From contig PFBV01000003.1 in NCBI GenBank assembly GCA_002778465.1, positions 303,766 to 367,765 on the forward strand: a stretch of 64,000 nucleotides of DNA, given 5' to 3'. Shown here piece by piece: positions 1 to 8,402 of this stretch (positions are counted from its first letter, which is position 1; each line of letters begins with the position of its first letter). The notes under the pieces were generated by a model. It was given only the letters and a program-made list of their open reading frames with translations. It did no database searches and was not told where the DNA came from. This DNA comes from Candidatus Magasanikbacteria bacterium CG10_big_fil_rev_8_21_14_0_10_36_32. GTDB taxonomy: Bacteria; Patescibacteriota; Patescibacteriia; Magasanikbacterales; GWA2-37-8. Made by a program: the position numbers and the translations under genes.

Positions 1-416
1 GCCAAAGGCAGCAGTTCTTCAATTTTTGCGATAACAACCTTACCTTTTTTTGTGTCGGACATGATTATTTCGATATTTTGATTGGAAATTTGTGCCGCTT
101 CAAAAATCATTTGTCGGCAGGCGCCGCAAGGGCCGGTTATTTTTTCCGCCGTTTGTCCGACAATGGCGATTTTTTTAATTAGTCTAATTCCTTCAGCGTT
201 AGCTCTAACCAAAGCGGAACGTTCGGCGCAAATAGTTAAACCGTAAGAAGCGTTTTCCACATTAGAGCCGGTGATGATTTTATTGTTGCTAGACAAAAGC
301 GCTGCCCCAACAGCAAAATGGGAATAAGGATTGTAAGCGGTTGGCAACATTTTTATGGCACTGCACACTAGTTTTTTTTGAATTTGATTTAATTTTTTAT
401 AAACAGTTTTTTTCAT
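1..416 (-). CDS. cdd: cytidine deaminase (about 138 aa from ATG at 416; the stop is not seen before the window edge; absent from the supplied ORF track)
   Basis: Manual minus-strand translation from ATG at 416 gives MKKTVYKKLNQ...NPYSHFAVGAALL...CAERSALVRA...GPCGACRQMIFE. The CAE and PCGxCRQ zinc-ligand motifs match the cytidine/dCMP deaminase family. Confidence 0.7.
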   Translation of the reverse strand, partial: MKKTVYKKLNQIQKKLVCSAIKMLPTAYNPYSHFAVGAALLSSNNKIITGSNVENASYGLTICAERSALVRANAEGIRLIKKIAIVGQTAEKITGPCGACRQMIFEAAQISNQNIEIIMSDTKKGKVVIAKIEELLPL

Positions 417-425
417 AAGATTTAT

Positions 426-1502
426 TTATTCTTCTAAATTTGGTCCATCAATCAGCATTGGTTCTATTTTTTTATCACCATCGGTAATCCTAACCACATC
501 TTTATCAATTTTGTTTAATTCTTTATAAGCGACATTGTAGGATTTTGCGGTTGTTTCAATATTCTTTCCCAGTTTTTTAAAGTACTCATCATAAGCGGAA
601 ATGTGTTTACCAAGCTCCTCTACTCTTTGGCGGATTTCTTTAGCTGACTCCTCTATTTTTAAAGCTCTCAAACCCTGCATAACTGTTTGTAAATAAGCCA
701 AAAATGAGGTTGGTGACACAATAATCACGTGTTTTTGTTTAAAGGCATATTCAATTAAATCATGAGTATTGGTTTTTATTGCTCCAACCTTATTAATTAA
801 TAGATCGTAATAAATTCCTTCAGCCGGAAGAAACATAAACGCAAAATCCATCGTACCTTCCTTCGGCTTTATGTATTTACTGGTTTCATCAATTCGTTTT
901 TTCAGGTCGCTTTTAAAAGCTGCTTCTAATTCTTCTTTTCGTGTTTGATCCTTCTCTTGTATTAGTCGGTTATAATTTTCCAAACTGAATTTGGAGTCAA
1001 TTGGTATGATTTTATCTTTGACTTTTACTACCGCATCAACAATGTCGCCATCGGAAAATTTATATTGCATTTCATAACTGCCCGGCGGCAGAACGTTTTT
1101 TAAAACAGTTTCCAAATAATATTCACCGAGGATGCCACGGTGTTTAGGGTTTTGCAAAGTTTCTTGTAGAATTTGCAGTTGGTTGGTAAAACCCATCACC
1201 TGTTTATTAGTTTCATCCAGTTTGGTTAGTTTTTCCGTTACGTCGGTAATAATTTTTATGCTTTGTCCGAACTGTCCTTGAATAGTTTTATTAATATTGT
1301 CCTGATTATCACTCATTAGTTTGTGTGTGTCGCTCATTTTTTGATCCATTGACTTGTTCAGTTCATTGATTTGATTTTGCAACATCAAGAAAAGGTTTTG
1401 TTCACCATCTTTTGGTTTAGTTTGAATTTTTTTAATCATTATAACCAGTAAAATTATAATGGCAGCCAGACCGGCAATGATGATATAATAAATTGGATTC
1501 AT
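426..1502 (-). CDS. rmuC: DNA recombination protein RmuC (N-terminal TM helix, coiled-coil, RmuC C-domain)
   Basis: 358-aa ORF with N-terminal membrane anchor IIIAGLAAIIILLVIMI, a long coiled-coil middle and a C-terminal region typical of RmuC. Confidence 0.75.
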   Translation of the reverse strand: MNPIYYIIIAGLAAIIILLVIMIKKIQTKPKDGEQNLFLMLQNQINELNKSMDQKMSDTHKLMSDNQDNINKTIQGQFGQSIKIITDVTEKLTKLDETNKQVMGFTNQLQILQETLQNPKHRGILGEYYLETVLKNVLPPGSYEMQYKFSDGDIVDAVVKVKDKIIPIDSKFSLENYNRLIQEKDQTRKEELEAAFKSDLKKRIDETSKYIKPKEGTMDFAFMFLPAEGIYYDLLINKVGAIKTNTHDLIEYAFKQKHVIIVSPTSFLAYLQTVMQGLRALKIEESAKEIRQRVEELGKHISAYDEYFKKLGKNIETTAKSYNVAYKELNKIDKDVVRITDGDKKIEPMLIDGPNLEE

Positions 1503-1684
1503 AAAAAAATTTCAATTGTAATGACGGTATTATATCATTGAAAATCTGAAAGTCAAAGAATAATGAAATTAAAATATAAAAAGTTTTGCTCTTGCCAAAA
1601 GTAAAAAATTAGTATATTGTGTGTGCGGTGGTTAAATGTTTTTAAATAGCGTGCCACGCATGGCTGACACAAGGATATTTGTAT

Positions 1685-1756
1685 GCCCCTGTAGTTCAAT
1701 GGATAGAACAAGACACTCCTAACGTCTAGATCCATGTTCGACTCATGGTGGGGGCA
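1685..1756 (+). tRNA. tRNA-Arg (anticodon CCT)
   Basis: Cloverleaf with acceptor GCCCCTG/TGGGGGC, D-arm GTTC-AATGGATA-GAAC, anticodon loop CTCCTAA and T-arm CCATG-TTCGACT-CATGG. There is one A-C mismatch in the anticodon stem and no encoded CCA. Confidence 0.8.
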
Positions 1757-1826
1757 CAGACGATTAACTGATAAACAGATAAGATATCAATCTAAAAAGT
1801 TTTTGGAGTAATTAGACCGCAAAGAT

Positions 1827-1959
1827 AATTGTTTCACGTGAAACAATTATATGAGAAACAAGGTTTCATGTGAAACAATGTTAGAATAGCGTAATTTATT
1901 AGAGTTATTTACTAAAGAAATAAATTAGGATTAAAAAAGACAAGGTTTCATGTGAAACA
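1827..1959. repeat. Three copies of a 14-bp palindrome GTTTCA(C/T)GTGAAAC at 1831-1844, 1864-1877 and 1946-1959. The first sits inside a perfect 22-bp palindrome AATTGTTTCACGTGAAACAATT
   Basis: Read directly from the sequence. Copies 2 and 3 share the extended ACAAGGTTTCATGTGAAACAAT, and copy 3 ends 8 bp before tRNA-Ala. Confidence 0.6.
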
Positions 1960-1967
1960 ATTCAAAT

Positions 1968-2040
1968 GGGCCTGTAGCTCATCTGGTAGAGCGCAGCATT
2001 CGCATTGCTGAGGTAAGGGGTTCGAGTCCCCTCAGGTCCA
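1968..2040 (+). tRNA. tRNA-Ala (anticodon CGC)
   Basis: Acceptor GGGCCTG/CAGGTCC with the G3:U70 alanine identity pair, D-arm GCTC-ATCTGGTA-GAGC, anticodon loop TTCGCAT, T-arm AGGGG-TTCGAGT-CCCCT and discriminator A. Confidence 0.85.
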
Positions 2041-2189
2041 CTATTTTTTCTTGTTATTGATAGGAAATTTATAAGGCAGGACAATATAAAATTTCGGCGA
2101 AAGTTTATATTTTTAGTTAATATTTCAGATTTGGTTGTAGTTATATTTTTTTAAAAAATATTTTGTCTAATTTTGTTAAAATATTGTCA

Positions 2190-2222
2190 AAACTCCTTTA
2201 AATAAGGAGTTTTTTATTGTTT
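2190..2222 (+). terminator. Rho-independent terminator-like hairpin after the tRNA pair
   Basis: AAAACTCCTT-taaat-AAGGAGTTTT followed by a T-rich tract. Confidence 0.45.
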
Positions 2223-2592
2223 TGAGTAGTTTTTAATAAATGGTGAGGTGTGGATGAATCTGTGCATAACTTGGGCTAAAGGGGGATAGATGTATAGAGC
2301 AGTGTATACAAATCTCACAATTCACATGGTGTTATTAACGGTGTTTTTAGTTTAGTAAAAGTGTTTTTTGTTGTTTTTTATTAAGAAAGTGGTAGAAATA
2401 AACATTGATTCTTATATTTGCGGGGGGGGTAGTGTGGAAAATCAAAGTGGATCAAAATCAGGATGTTTTGAAGGGTTGACAAAATTTCAAAAATATATTA
2501 TACATAATTTATACAATTTAAAATCCTGTTCAGTTTGAACAGGTCTCTGGCCCGGAGTTAGGGCAAAAGGAGCGGGTGATAACAAGCCCGAA

Positions 2593-3324
2593 GTGAATAT
2601 GATGGCGAATCCGTTGGAAGAGTTTAAAGATGTGCCATACGGCCGATGGGCCGCATTGGGACATAAACTTGGAGGTTTGAAGGCAATTGAGGTTATACTC
2701 AAAGACGATGAATTGGCGCGACGAATCAGAAAGCAGATTGCTGATGTTAATGTTACCACTATTATTCTGTCCGACGAGCGGACCCGCTTCTACAAGGAAG
2801 TCTTCGGTCTGACCGTGGATCTCTCCAAGGTGAGGCTCCCGCCCGAAACCGAAGGTTTCGGCTGGACGCTGACCATCGCCAAGGAGCTCGGTGACAAGCC
2901 ACTCGCCACAGTCATGGCCGCCTGTCGGAAGCTGTTCAAGGGCAATGTCTGGCAGTACGCCGACGACCTGGACAATTCCGTCCCGACCAACGACCGCGAC
3001 CCCCGACGCGACGGTTCCTACATCATCCGCGTCAGAGACAGAGTGGAAGCCGACGAGGAGAACAAGAATCTCTCGGCCGACACAGTCAAGTCGCGCAACA
3101 TGGTCACCCTGACACTGTTGGAGCGCATCGTCCTGGAGCTATTCTGCTTCTGGAAGACCGGCAAGCACCTGGACATCCAGAACACCACCCTTTGCTCCGG
3201 TTCGCGCAACTTCGATGGCGGTGTTCCGGGTTGTTGCTTGCGCGGCGGCGAGTTCGAGGTTTGCTGGCGCGGCTCGTCCAGTTGCCGCGGCGCTCTCCGC
3301 GCTCGCGAAGCAGTTTTGACCTAA
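2593..3324 (+). CDS. Conserved hypothetical protein, paralog 1 of 3 in this window. The first ATG is at 2599. The gene lies in a GC-rich island
   Basis: Shares FYKEVFGLTV...GDKPL...NDRDP...GSYIIRVRD..EADEENKNLSAD...TLTLLERIVLELFCFWKTGKHLD...TLCSGSR with ORFs 14464-15051 and 38361-39230. Upstream promoter-like TTGACA (2476-2481), 16-nt spacer, TATATT. GC rises to about 60% from about 2775 onward. Confidence 0.6.
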   Translation: MNMMANPLEEFKDVPYGRWAALGHKLGGLKAIEVILKDDELARRIRKQIADVNVTTIILSDERTRFYKEVFGLTVDLSKVRLPPETEGFGWTLTIAKELGDKPLATVMAACRKLFKGNVWQYADDLDNSVPTNDRDPRRDGSYIIRVRDRVEADEENKNLSADTVKSRNMVTLTLLERIVLELFCFWKTGKHLDIQNTTLCSGSRNFDGGVPGCCLRGGEFEVCWRGSSSCRGALRAREAVLT

Positions 3325-3337
3325 CCCTTTTTCCTTC

Positions 3338-3385
3338 GTTCTTTAATTCTTCGCCCCCTTGCGTCTTGCACAAGGGGGTTTTTTG
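3338..3385 (+). terminator. Rho-independent terminator
   Basis: GCCCCCTTG-cgtcttgc-ACAAGGGGG followed by TTTTTT. Confidence 0.7.
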
Positions 3386-3556
3386 TTGGCTAATTTTAGC
3401 CATCAAAATCATTTATTTTTTGAGGTTTTTAAAAGAGATGAGTTATCCCGAAGTTATACACAGTCTATTGTTCAGAGCATATCAAATTTATGCTATAATA
3501 TAGTATAGTAATTTTTAAAATAAAAATTTATTTAATTTTAATTTAATTTATTCTTT

Positions 3557-5863
3557 ATGTTCAGCAATATCATGGCGAATGTAAACAACCAAAAAATATT
3601 TAAGTTTTTGGATGTTTTTTCTTATGTCATCCTTTTGGTTAATGTGGTGGCAATTCCTCTATTCGTTGATAAAAATTTAATTAATTTTTATATCATACCA
3701 AAGCAGTATGTATTTATTGGTTTGGTTTTGATTAATGTGGTTTTGTTTGCGGTAAAAATTGTTTTATCAAAAAAGTTGACATATCGCCGTTCAGTAATGG
3801 ACTTGCCTATTTTAGGTCTTCTGCTAATTAGTTTGGCGGTTTCTATTTTTTCCGTTAATACTTTTGATTCATTTTTAGGACGAGGAGAATATTTTGTTTT
3901 AAATTTCTTCCTCCTTATATTCTTAGCCACTTTTTATTTTCTGTTGGTTAATATTCTAACAACTCAATCGCGCTGGCTTGGAATGGTTGATGCGTTATTG
4001 TATACCGGTGGAGCGACAGCACTTTTATTTTTGTTAAAAGCGATTTTTAAATTGGATATTATTTCTTATATTGCACCTTCAGCCATGAATACGATTGATA
4101 AGGTAAATATGGGCTTTGGTATTTGGTTAATAATGATTTTCTTGTTAGCTGCCGGAAAATTGATTAAGAAAAATATTACTGTTGGCAAGTCATTATCATA
4201 TTTCTTTGTCGCCTTATTAGCTTTTGTATCATTGGTAATGTTGAGCTTTAATATTTTCTGGTGGATTATATTGGCCGGTTTAGTATTGTTGTTGATGATT
4301 GGCATTAGTTTTGTTAAAGATTCAAGATTGGGTTGGGTTTCCGCTTTGTTTGCCATGACTATTTTAGTAGTGGTATTTATTGCTTTTGGAACACCGCGTT
4401 ATTTGCAGGCGGTGGTACCGGCGGAAGTTTCGTTAGGCTTTAAACCGTCTTGGTCAATTTCTGCGGACACGTTGTTTTCTGGGGCTAAGAATTTTATTTT
4501 AGGCAGTGGTTTAGGCACCTTTAATGTTGATTATTCTAAATTCAGATCAGTTGATTTCAACACAGATTCCATGGCTTGGTCATTAAGATTCAGTCAGCCG
4601 GCCAGTTCATTCTTTTCTTTGTTGGCTGAGGGTGGTATTGTCTTTACTTTGGCTTTGATATTTTTGATTATCTACAGTTTGGGACACGTTTTTAATATCT
4701 GGGTTAAAAAAGGCGCGCCGACTTTGGCACAAAAAGTTGTTGACGGTTTGGGTGATAGTGGAGATTTTAAAATTGATGTTTTCTTGATAACAGTTGCTTG
4801 GTTGGTTTTGAGCGGTGTTATGTGTGTGGTTTATTACGGTTTAGTGTTGTGGTGGTTGTGGTGGCTGTTGCTCGGTTTGATTATTACAGCCGTATCATTT
4901 ATTAATGCTGATGTAATTAAAACTAAAGTTTGGGAAGTTGATGATACCCCGCAGTATAGTTTAACTTTTTCGTTTGTTATGATTGTTGTGACAGCCGGTT
5001 TAGTAATGATTGGTGTTTGGGGAGGACGATTATATATGGCTGAGCGTGCTTACGCCAGCGCTTTAAAAAGTTCTGACTACGAAACAGTTGAAAGTAATTT
5101 AAAAACAGCTCTGTTTCATCGGCAAAATACCGATGTTTATCATGTTGCTTTGGCTCAAGTTTATTTGTTAAGAGCATCTGAAATGGTGCAAGGTGGTTCG
5201 CAAGATGTTCAAACAATTAGTAATTATTTGGCGCAAGCTGTGAATGAGGCTAGAACCGCCACTGATATTTCTCCAAGATCAGTAGCTATTTGGGAAAATT
5301 TAGCTGTGATGTATGAAAATGCCGCGGTCTTAGTTCCTGAGGCCGGAGAGTGGGCAATAAAAACATGGCAAAAAGCTAAAGAGTTGGAACCGACTAATCC
5401 GATATTGTCTTGGCGGTTAGGCAATAACTATGCTGTCGCCGGAAACTGGGAAGAGTCAGTAAAAAATTATCAAGAGGCTATTACATTAAAAAAAGATTAT
5501 CTTGATAGTTATATTAGTTTAGGTCGCGCCTTTGAACAACAAAATAAAGTTGAAGATGCGGTAAATATTTTTAAAGAAGGACTGTCTTACGGTGGAAATA
5601 GTAATTCCGCATTTCTCTTTGATTTTGGACGGTTGTTATACAACAGAAATAAAGGTTCAGATCGCTCTGATGCGGAACAGTTATGGTTGGCAGCTGTTAA
5701 ATTACAACCAAATTATTCCAACGCCCTATATAGTTTAGGTTTGTTGTATGAGAATAAAGACGATAAAGCCGCCGCTTTGCAATATTATTATAAAGTCAAG
5801 GATTTAAATCCGGACAATAAAGACATAACAACAAAAATTAAATCCTTGGTTGGTGGTGAATAA
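3557..5863 (+). CDS. Polytopic membrane protein, O-antigen ligase/polymerase-like domain with C-terminal TPR repeats
   Basis: 768 aa with at least 10 predicted TM helices in the first 470 aa. The C-terminal region has TPR-like helical repeats (YQEAITLKKDYLDSYISLGRAFEQQNK..., ALYSLGLLYENKDDKAAALQYYYKV). Confidence 0.55.
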   Translation: MFSNIMANVNNQKIFKFLDVFSYVILLVNVVAIPLFVDKNLINFYIIPKQYVFIGLVLINVVLFAVKIVLSKKLTYRRSVMDLPILGLLLISLAVSIFSVNTFDSFLGRGEYFVLNFFLLIFLATFYFLLVNILTTQSRWLGMVDALLYTGGATALLFLLKAIFKLDIISYIAPSAMNTIDKVNMGFGIWLIMIFLLAAGKLIKKNITVGKSLSYFFVALLAFVSLVMLSFNIFWWIILAGLVLLLMIGISFVKDSRLGWVSALFAMTILVVVFIAFGTPRYLQAVVPAEVSLGFKPSWSISADTLFSGAKNFILGSGLGTFNVDYSKFRSVDFNTDSMAWSLRFSQPASSFFSLLAEGGIVFTLALIFLIIYSLGHVFNIWVKKGAPTLAQKVVDGLGDSGDFKIDVFLITVAWLVLSGVMCVVYYGLVLWWLWWLLLGLIITAVSFINADVIKTKVWEVDDTPQYSLTFSFVMIVVTAGLVMIGVWGGRLYMAERAYASALKSSDYETVESNLKTALFHRQNTDVYHVALAQVYLLRASEMVQGGSQDVQTISNYLAQAVNEARTATDISPRSVAIWENLAVMYENAAVLVPEAGEWAIKTWQKAKELEPTNPILSWRLGNNYAVAGNWEESVKNYQEAITLKKDYLDSYISLGRAFEQQNKVEDAVNIFKEGLSYGGNSNSAFLFDFGRLLYNRNKGSDRSDAEQLWLAAVKLQPNYSNALYSLGLLYENKDDKAAALQYYYKVKDLNPDNKDITTKIKSLVGGE

Positions 5864-5936
5864 GGAGTAATAAATTTTTGAATAGCCACGGATATCCACT
5901 CTTTAAAAGCGGGCGGTCGTCAGATAAAAAGTTACT

Positions 5937-6563
5937 ATGAAAAAAACCGCCATTGCAGTCATACTTGTTATAAATTTATTTTTTCCTCTAAATTCTTTTG
6001 GGGCGATGTCTTCAACTAATTATTCAATTTACGCCGATGCTATAGATTCGGGCGGTAATTTAAGTACGGGAGGAATTTACAGTTTGGAAGATACGATTGG
6101 AGAATCGCCGGTTGGTTTTACTACTAGTACATGGTATGAAATTCGTGCCGGCTATCAAGCTATGGAGCGAGGTTATATTACTATGACTATTGATAATTCA
6201 ACTTTGAATTTGGGCAGTTTGAGTCAAATTGCTGTTAATTCAGCTTCTGCCAATGTGACAGTCAGCACAGATTCGGCTTCTGGTTATATTCTTTCTATTC
6301 AAAGCGTGAGTGGCACAGGATTGACCGCAGTAAGTGATGGTGAGGTGACGGTCGGGAGCGAAGAGTATGGTGTTTCTACTTCCGGCAGTGAAAGTGTGGT
6401 TAGTGGTGATGTGGGAGTGGAGGGCGGAACTTTTTTGGCAGAATCCATTTCAGCTATTGATAACAGCGTGACACAACTTACTTTTAAAGCTTCAATAAAT
6501 GCCGCTTCAGTTGTTGGAAGTTATAATCAAACAGTTACATTATCTGCTTCGGCAAATTGGTAA
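5937..6563 (+). CDS. Secreted Ser/Thr/Gly-rich hypothetical protein (signal peptide)
   Basis: N-terminal MKKTAIAVILVINLFFPLNSFGA signal. First gene of four tightly packed co-directional genes. Confidence 0.5.
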   Translation: MKKTAIAVILVINLFFPLNSFGAMSSTNYSIYADAIDSGGNLSTGGIYSLEDTIGESPVGFTTSTWYEIRAGYQAMERGYITMTIDNSTLNLGSLSQIAVNSASANVTVSTDSASGYILSIQSVSGTGLTAVSDGEVTVGSEEYGVSTSGSESVVSGDVGVEGGTFLAESISAIDNSVTQLTFKASINAASVVGSYNQTVTLSASANW

Positions 6564-7459
6564 ATTTTATGTTTAAAAAATTTTTATTTGTTTTGTTAAT
6601 TTGTTTTTTATGGGTTGGAAAAGCGGAAGCTTTTTCGATTAGTCCTTTAAAATATGTGGTTACCGTATCTCCGCGATCAAGCGAAGAGGTAGAAATAAAA
6701 ATTAAAAACGACCAATTAGTTAGCCAGAGATATGTTTTAAAGGTATTAGGAACGAAACAGAACAATCAAGGAGAATTAATTTTTTCAGAAGGTGTCAATC
6801 AAGCTGAAAATTGGGTTAAGCCAGAGAAAAATGTTGTACAAATTGATCCTGGCGAAGAAGTCACGGTTAATTTTTTTATAAAAACTGATTCTTTGGCTGA
6901 GTCTGGCTCATATTTTTTAGGTTTAGCAGCGGAGAATGTTGATTTAGGAGAACGGGAGGTTGGATTATCCGGAGAGTTAGTTTGTTTATTGTTATTACAA
7001 GTGTCTGGTCAGGTGCAGGAAAATTTATCGGTAACAAATTGGCAAACGGAAAATATAACTATAAATAAAATTTGGAACTTTGATCTATCAATTAAAAATA
7101 CATCTGCAGTTGAATTGCCAATTCAGTCAGAATTAATTATAAGAAATTGGCGTAATAAAATTATTTATAGAGAGTTGAATGATTTGGGATTATTGTTGCC
7201 ACAGGCAGACAGAATTTTTCAACAAAAAATTGACATGGTCGGACAAACATTTTTTTCAGGAAGTTATTCCGCGACCTTAAATATAATTTATGGACGAACC
7301 AATCAAATAAAAACTTTGGTTAAAAATTTTTGGAGAATATCTCCTGTTTGGATAATAATTTTAAGTGTAGTTGCAGTTGGAATAATAACTTTATTATATA
7401 GAATAAAAAAGAGAATGGTTGTTAAATTAAAAAAATATATTGAAAATTTTCAAGCATAA
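6557..7459 (+). CDS. Secreted hypothetical protein with C-terminal TM anchor
   Basis: Signal peptide LLICFLWVGKAEA; C-terminal WIIILSVVAVGIITLLYRIKKR anchor; overlaps the upstream gene by 7 nt. Confidence 0.5.
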   Translation: MVNFMFKKFLFVLLICFLWVGKAEAFSISPLKYVVTVSPRSSEEVEIKIKNDQLVSQRYVLKVLGTKQNNQGELIFSEGVNQAENWVKPEKNVVQIDPGEEVTVNFFIKTDSLAESGSYFLGLAAENVDLGEREVGLSGELVCLLLLQVSGQVQENLSVTNWQTENITINKIWNFDLSIKNTSAVELPIQSELIIRNWRNKIIYRELNDLGLLLPQADRIFQQKIDMVGQTFFSGSYSATLNIIYGRTNQIKTLVKNFWRISPVWIIILSVVAVGIITLLYRIKKRMVVKLKKYIENFQA

Positions 7460-7462
7460 AGT

Positions 7463-8398
7463 ATGAGAATAGGATTTAAAAAATTAATAATGGTTGTTTT
7501 GTTGATGTTGGGCTTGTTTAGTTTTTCAAATTTTGTTTATGGCAGTAGTGAAAGTAGTAATATAAATATACAAATGACCGTGCCAACGCCAGTGGTGGAA
7601 CCTGGCGATCCTGGCCCCGGAGGCAGTGATTCGGCACCGGTAATTTCAAATGTTGTAACAAGCACTTCGGCCAACAGCGCTGTTATTACTTGGATAGTAA
7701 CCGACGACAAAGGTTTAAGTAGTGTAAATTTTTATTATAGCGCGGACATGTCTTATGGTTTAACAACCACTACTATTGGAGCCTACCAAGTTAATTTAAG
7801 TAATTTGACGGAAGATACAATTTATTATTTTAAAATAGTCGCCACAGATATTGCCTCTAATGTAACTGAATACGCCGGGACACTTAAAACTTCCCTTGAT
7901 TCCGTTAAAAGTTTGAAAATATATGCGAAAGCAGAAAAACGAGTTCCCAAGATCGGAGGAAATCTGGCTTTGTTTACGACGGTCATTTTGTATGATCCAT
8001 CAGGTTTTTATTTGCCTTACAGTTTAAATGTTTCTTTGGATAAAACCGGTTCGTCTACTTTGTATAATGTCATAGTCCCAAACGGAACTAATTTAGAGGC
8101 AGTAATAAAAGGCCAGTCTCATTTAGCCAGGAAAATTATTGGCGTAAATATTCAAAATGGACAAGATATTTTTTTGGATTTTAGTGAAGCTGATTCGGTG
8201 GAATTATTGGCTGGAGATGTGCAAGGAACTGGATTAAAAGATAATTTTGTAGACATTCTCGATGTTTCAGCCGAGAATGTTAATTATAATAATATAGGAT
8301 TGAATGAAGATTTAAATCGTGATGGCGTAGTGGATATTTTGGATATGAGTATTGTATTAACCAATTTTAATTTAGCCGGTGTTCTGATTCCTTCATAA
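7463..8398 (+). CDS. Secreted protein with fibronectin-III-like region and C-terminal dockerin-like Ca-binding repeats
   Basis: Signal peptide; DILDVSAENVNYNNIGLNEDLNRDGVVDILDMSIVLTNFN matches the duplicated D-x-N-x-D-G-x-V-x-x-x-D dockerin type I pattern. Confidence 0.5.
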   Translation: MRIGFKKLIMVVLLMLGLFSFSNFVYGSSESSNINIQMTVPTPVVEPGDPGPGGSDSAPVISNVVTSTSANSAVITWIVTDDKGLSSVNFYYSADMSYGLTTTTIGAYQVNLSNLTEDTIYYFKIVATDIASNVTEYAGTLKTSLDSVKSLKIYAKAEKRVPKIGGNLALFTTVILYDPSGFYLPYSLNVSLDKTGSSTLYNVIVPNGTNLEAVIKGQSHLARKIIGVNIQNGQDIFLDFSEADSVELLAGDVQGTGLKDNFVDILDVSAENVNYNNIGLNEDLNRDGVVDILDMSIVLTNFNLAGVLIPS

Positions 8399-8402
8399 AA
8401 TT

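Noticed and set aside
2520-2545. Perfect 8-bp hairpin CCTGTTCA-gtt-TGAACAGG in the leader of paralog 1, as a possible riboswitch
   Set aside because: A single short hairpin with no recognisable aptamer features. It is more likely a simple secondary structure in a foreign leader.
2790-3503. Small ORFs 2790-2990(-), 2891-3112(+), 3018-3209(-), 3104-3412(-), 3192-3503(+)
   Set aside because: Alternative-frame artefacts inside or antisense to the GC-rich part of paralog 1. Pro/Arg/Ser-rich low-complexity products.
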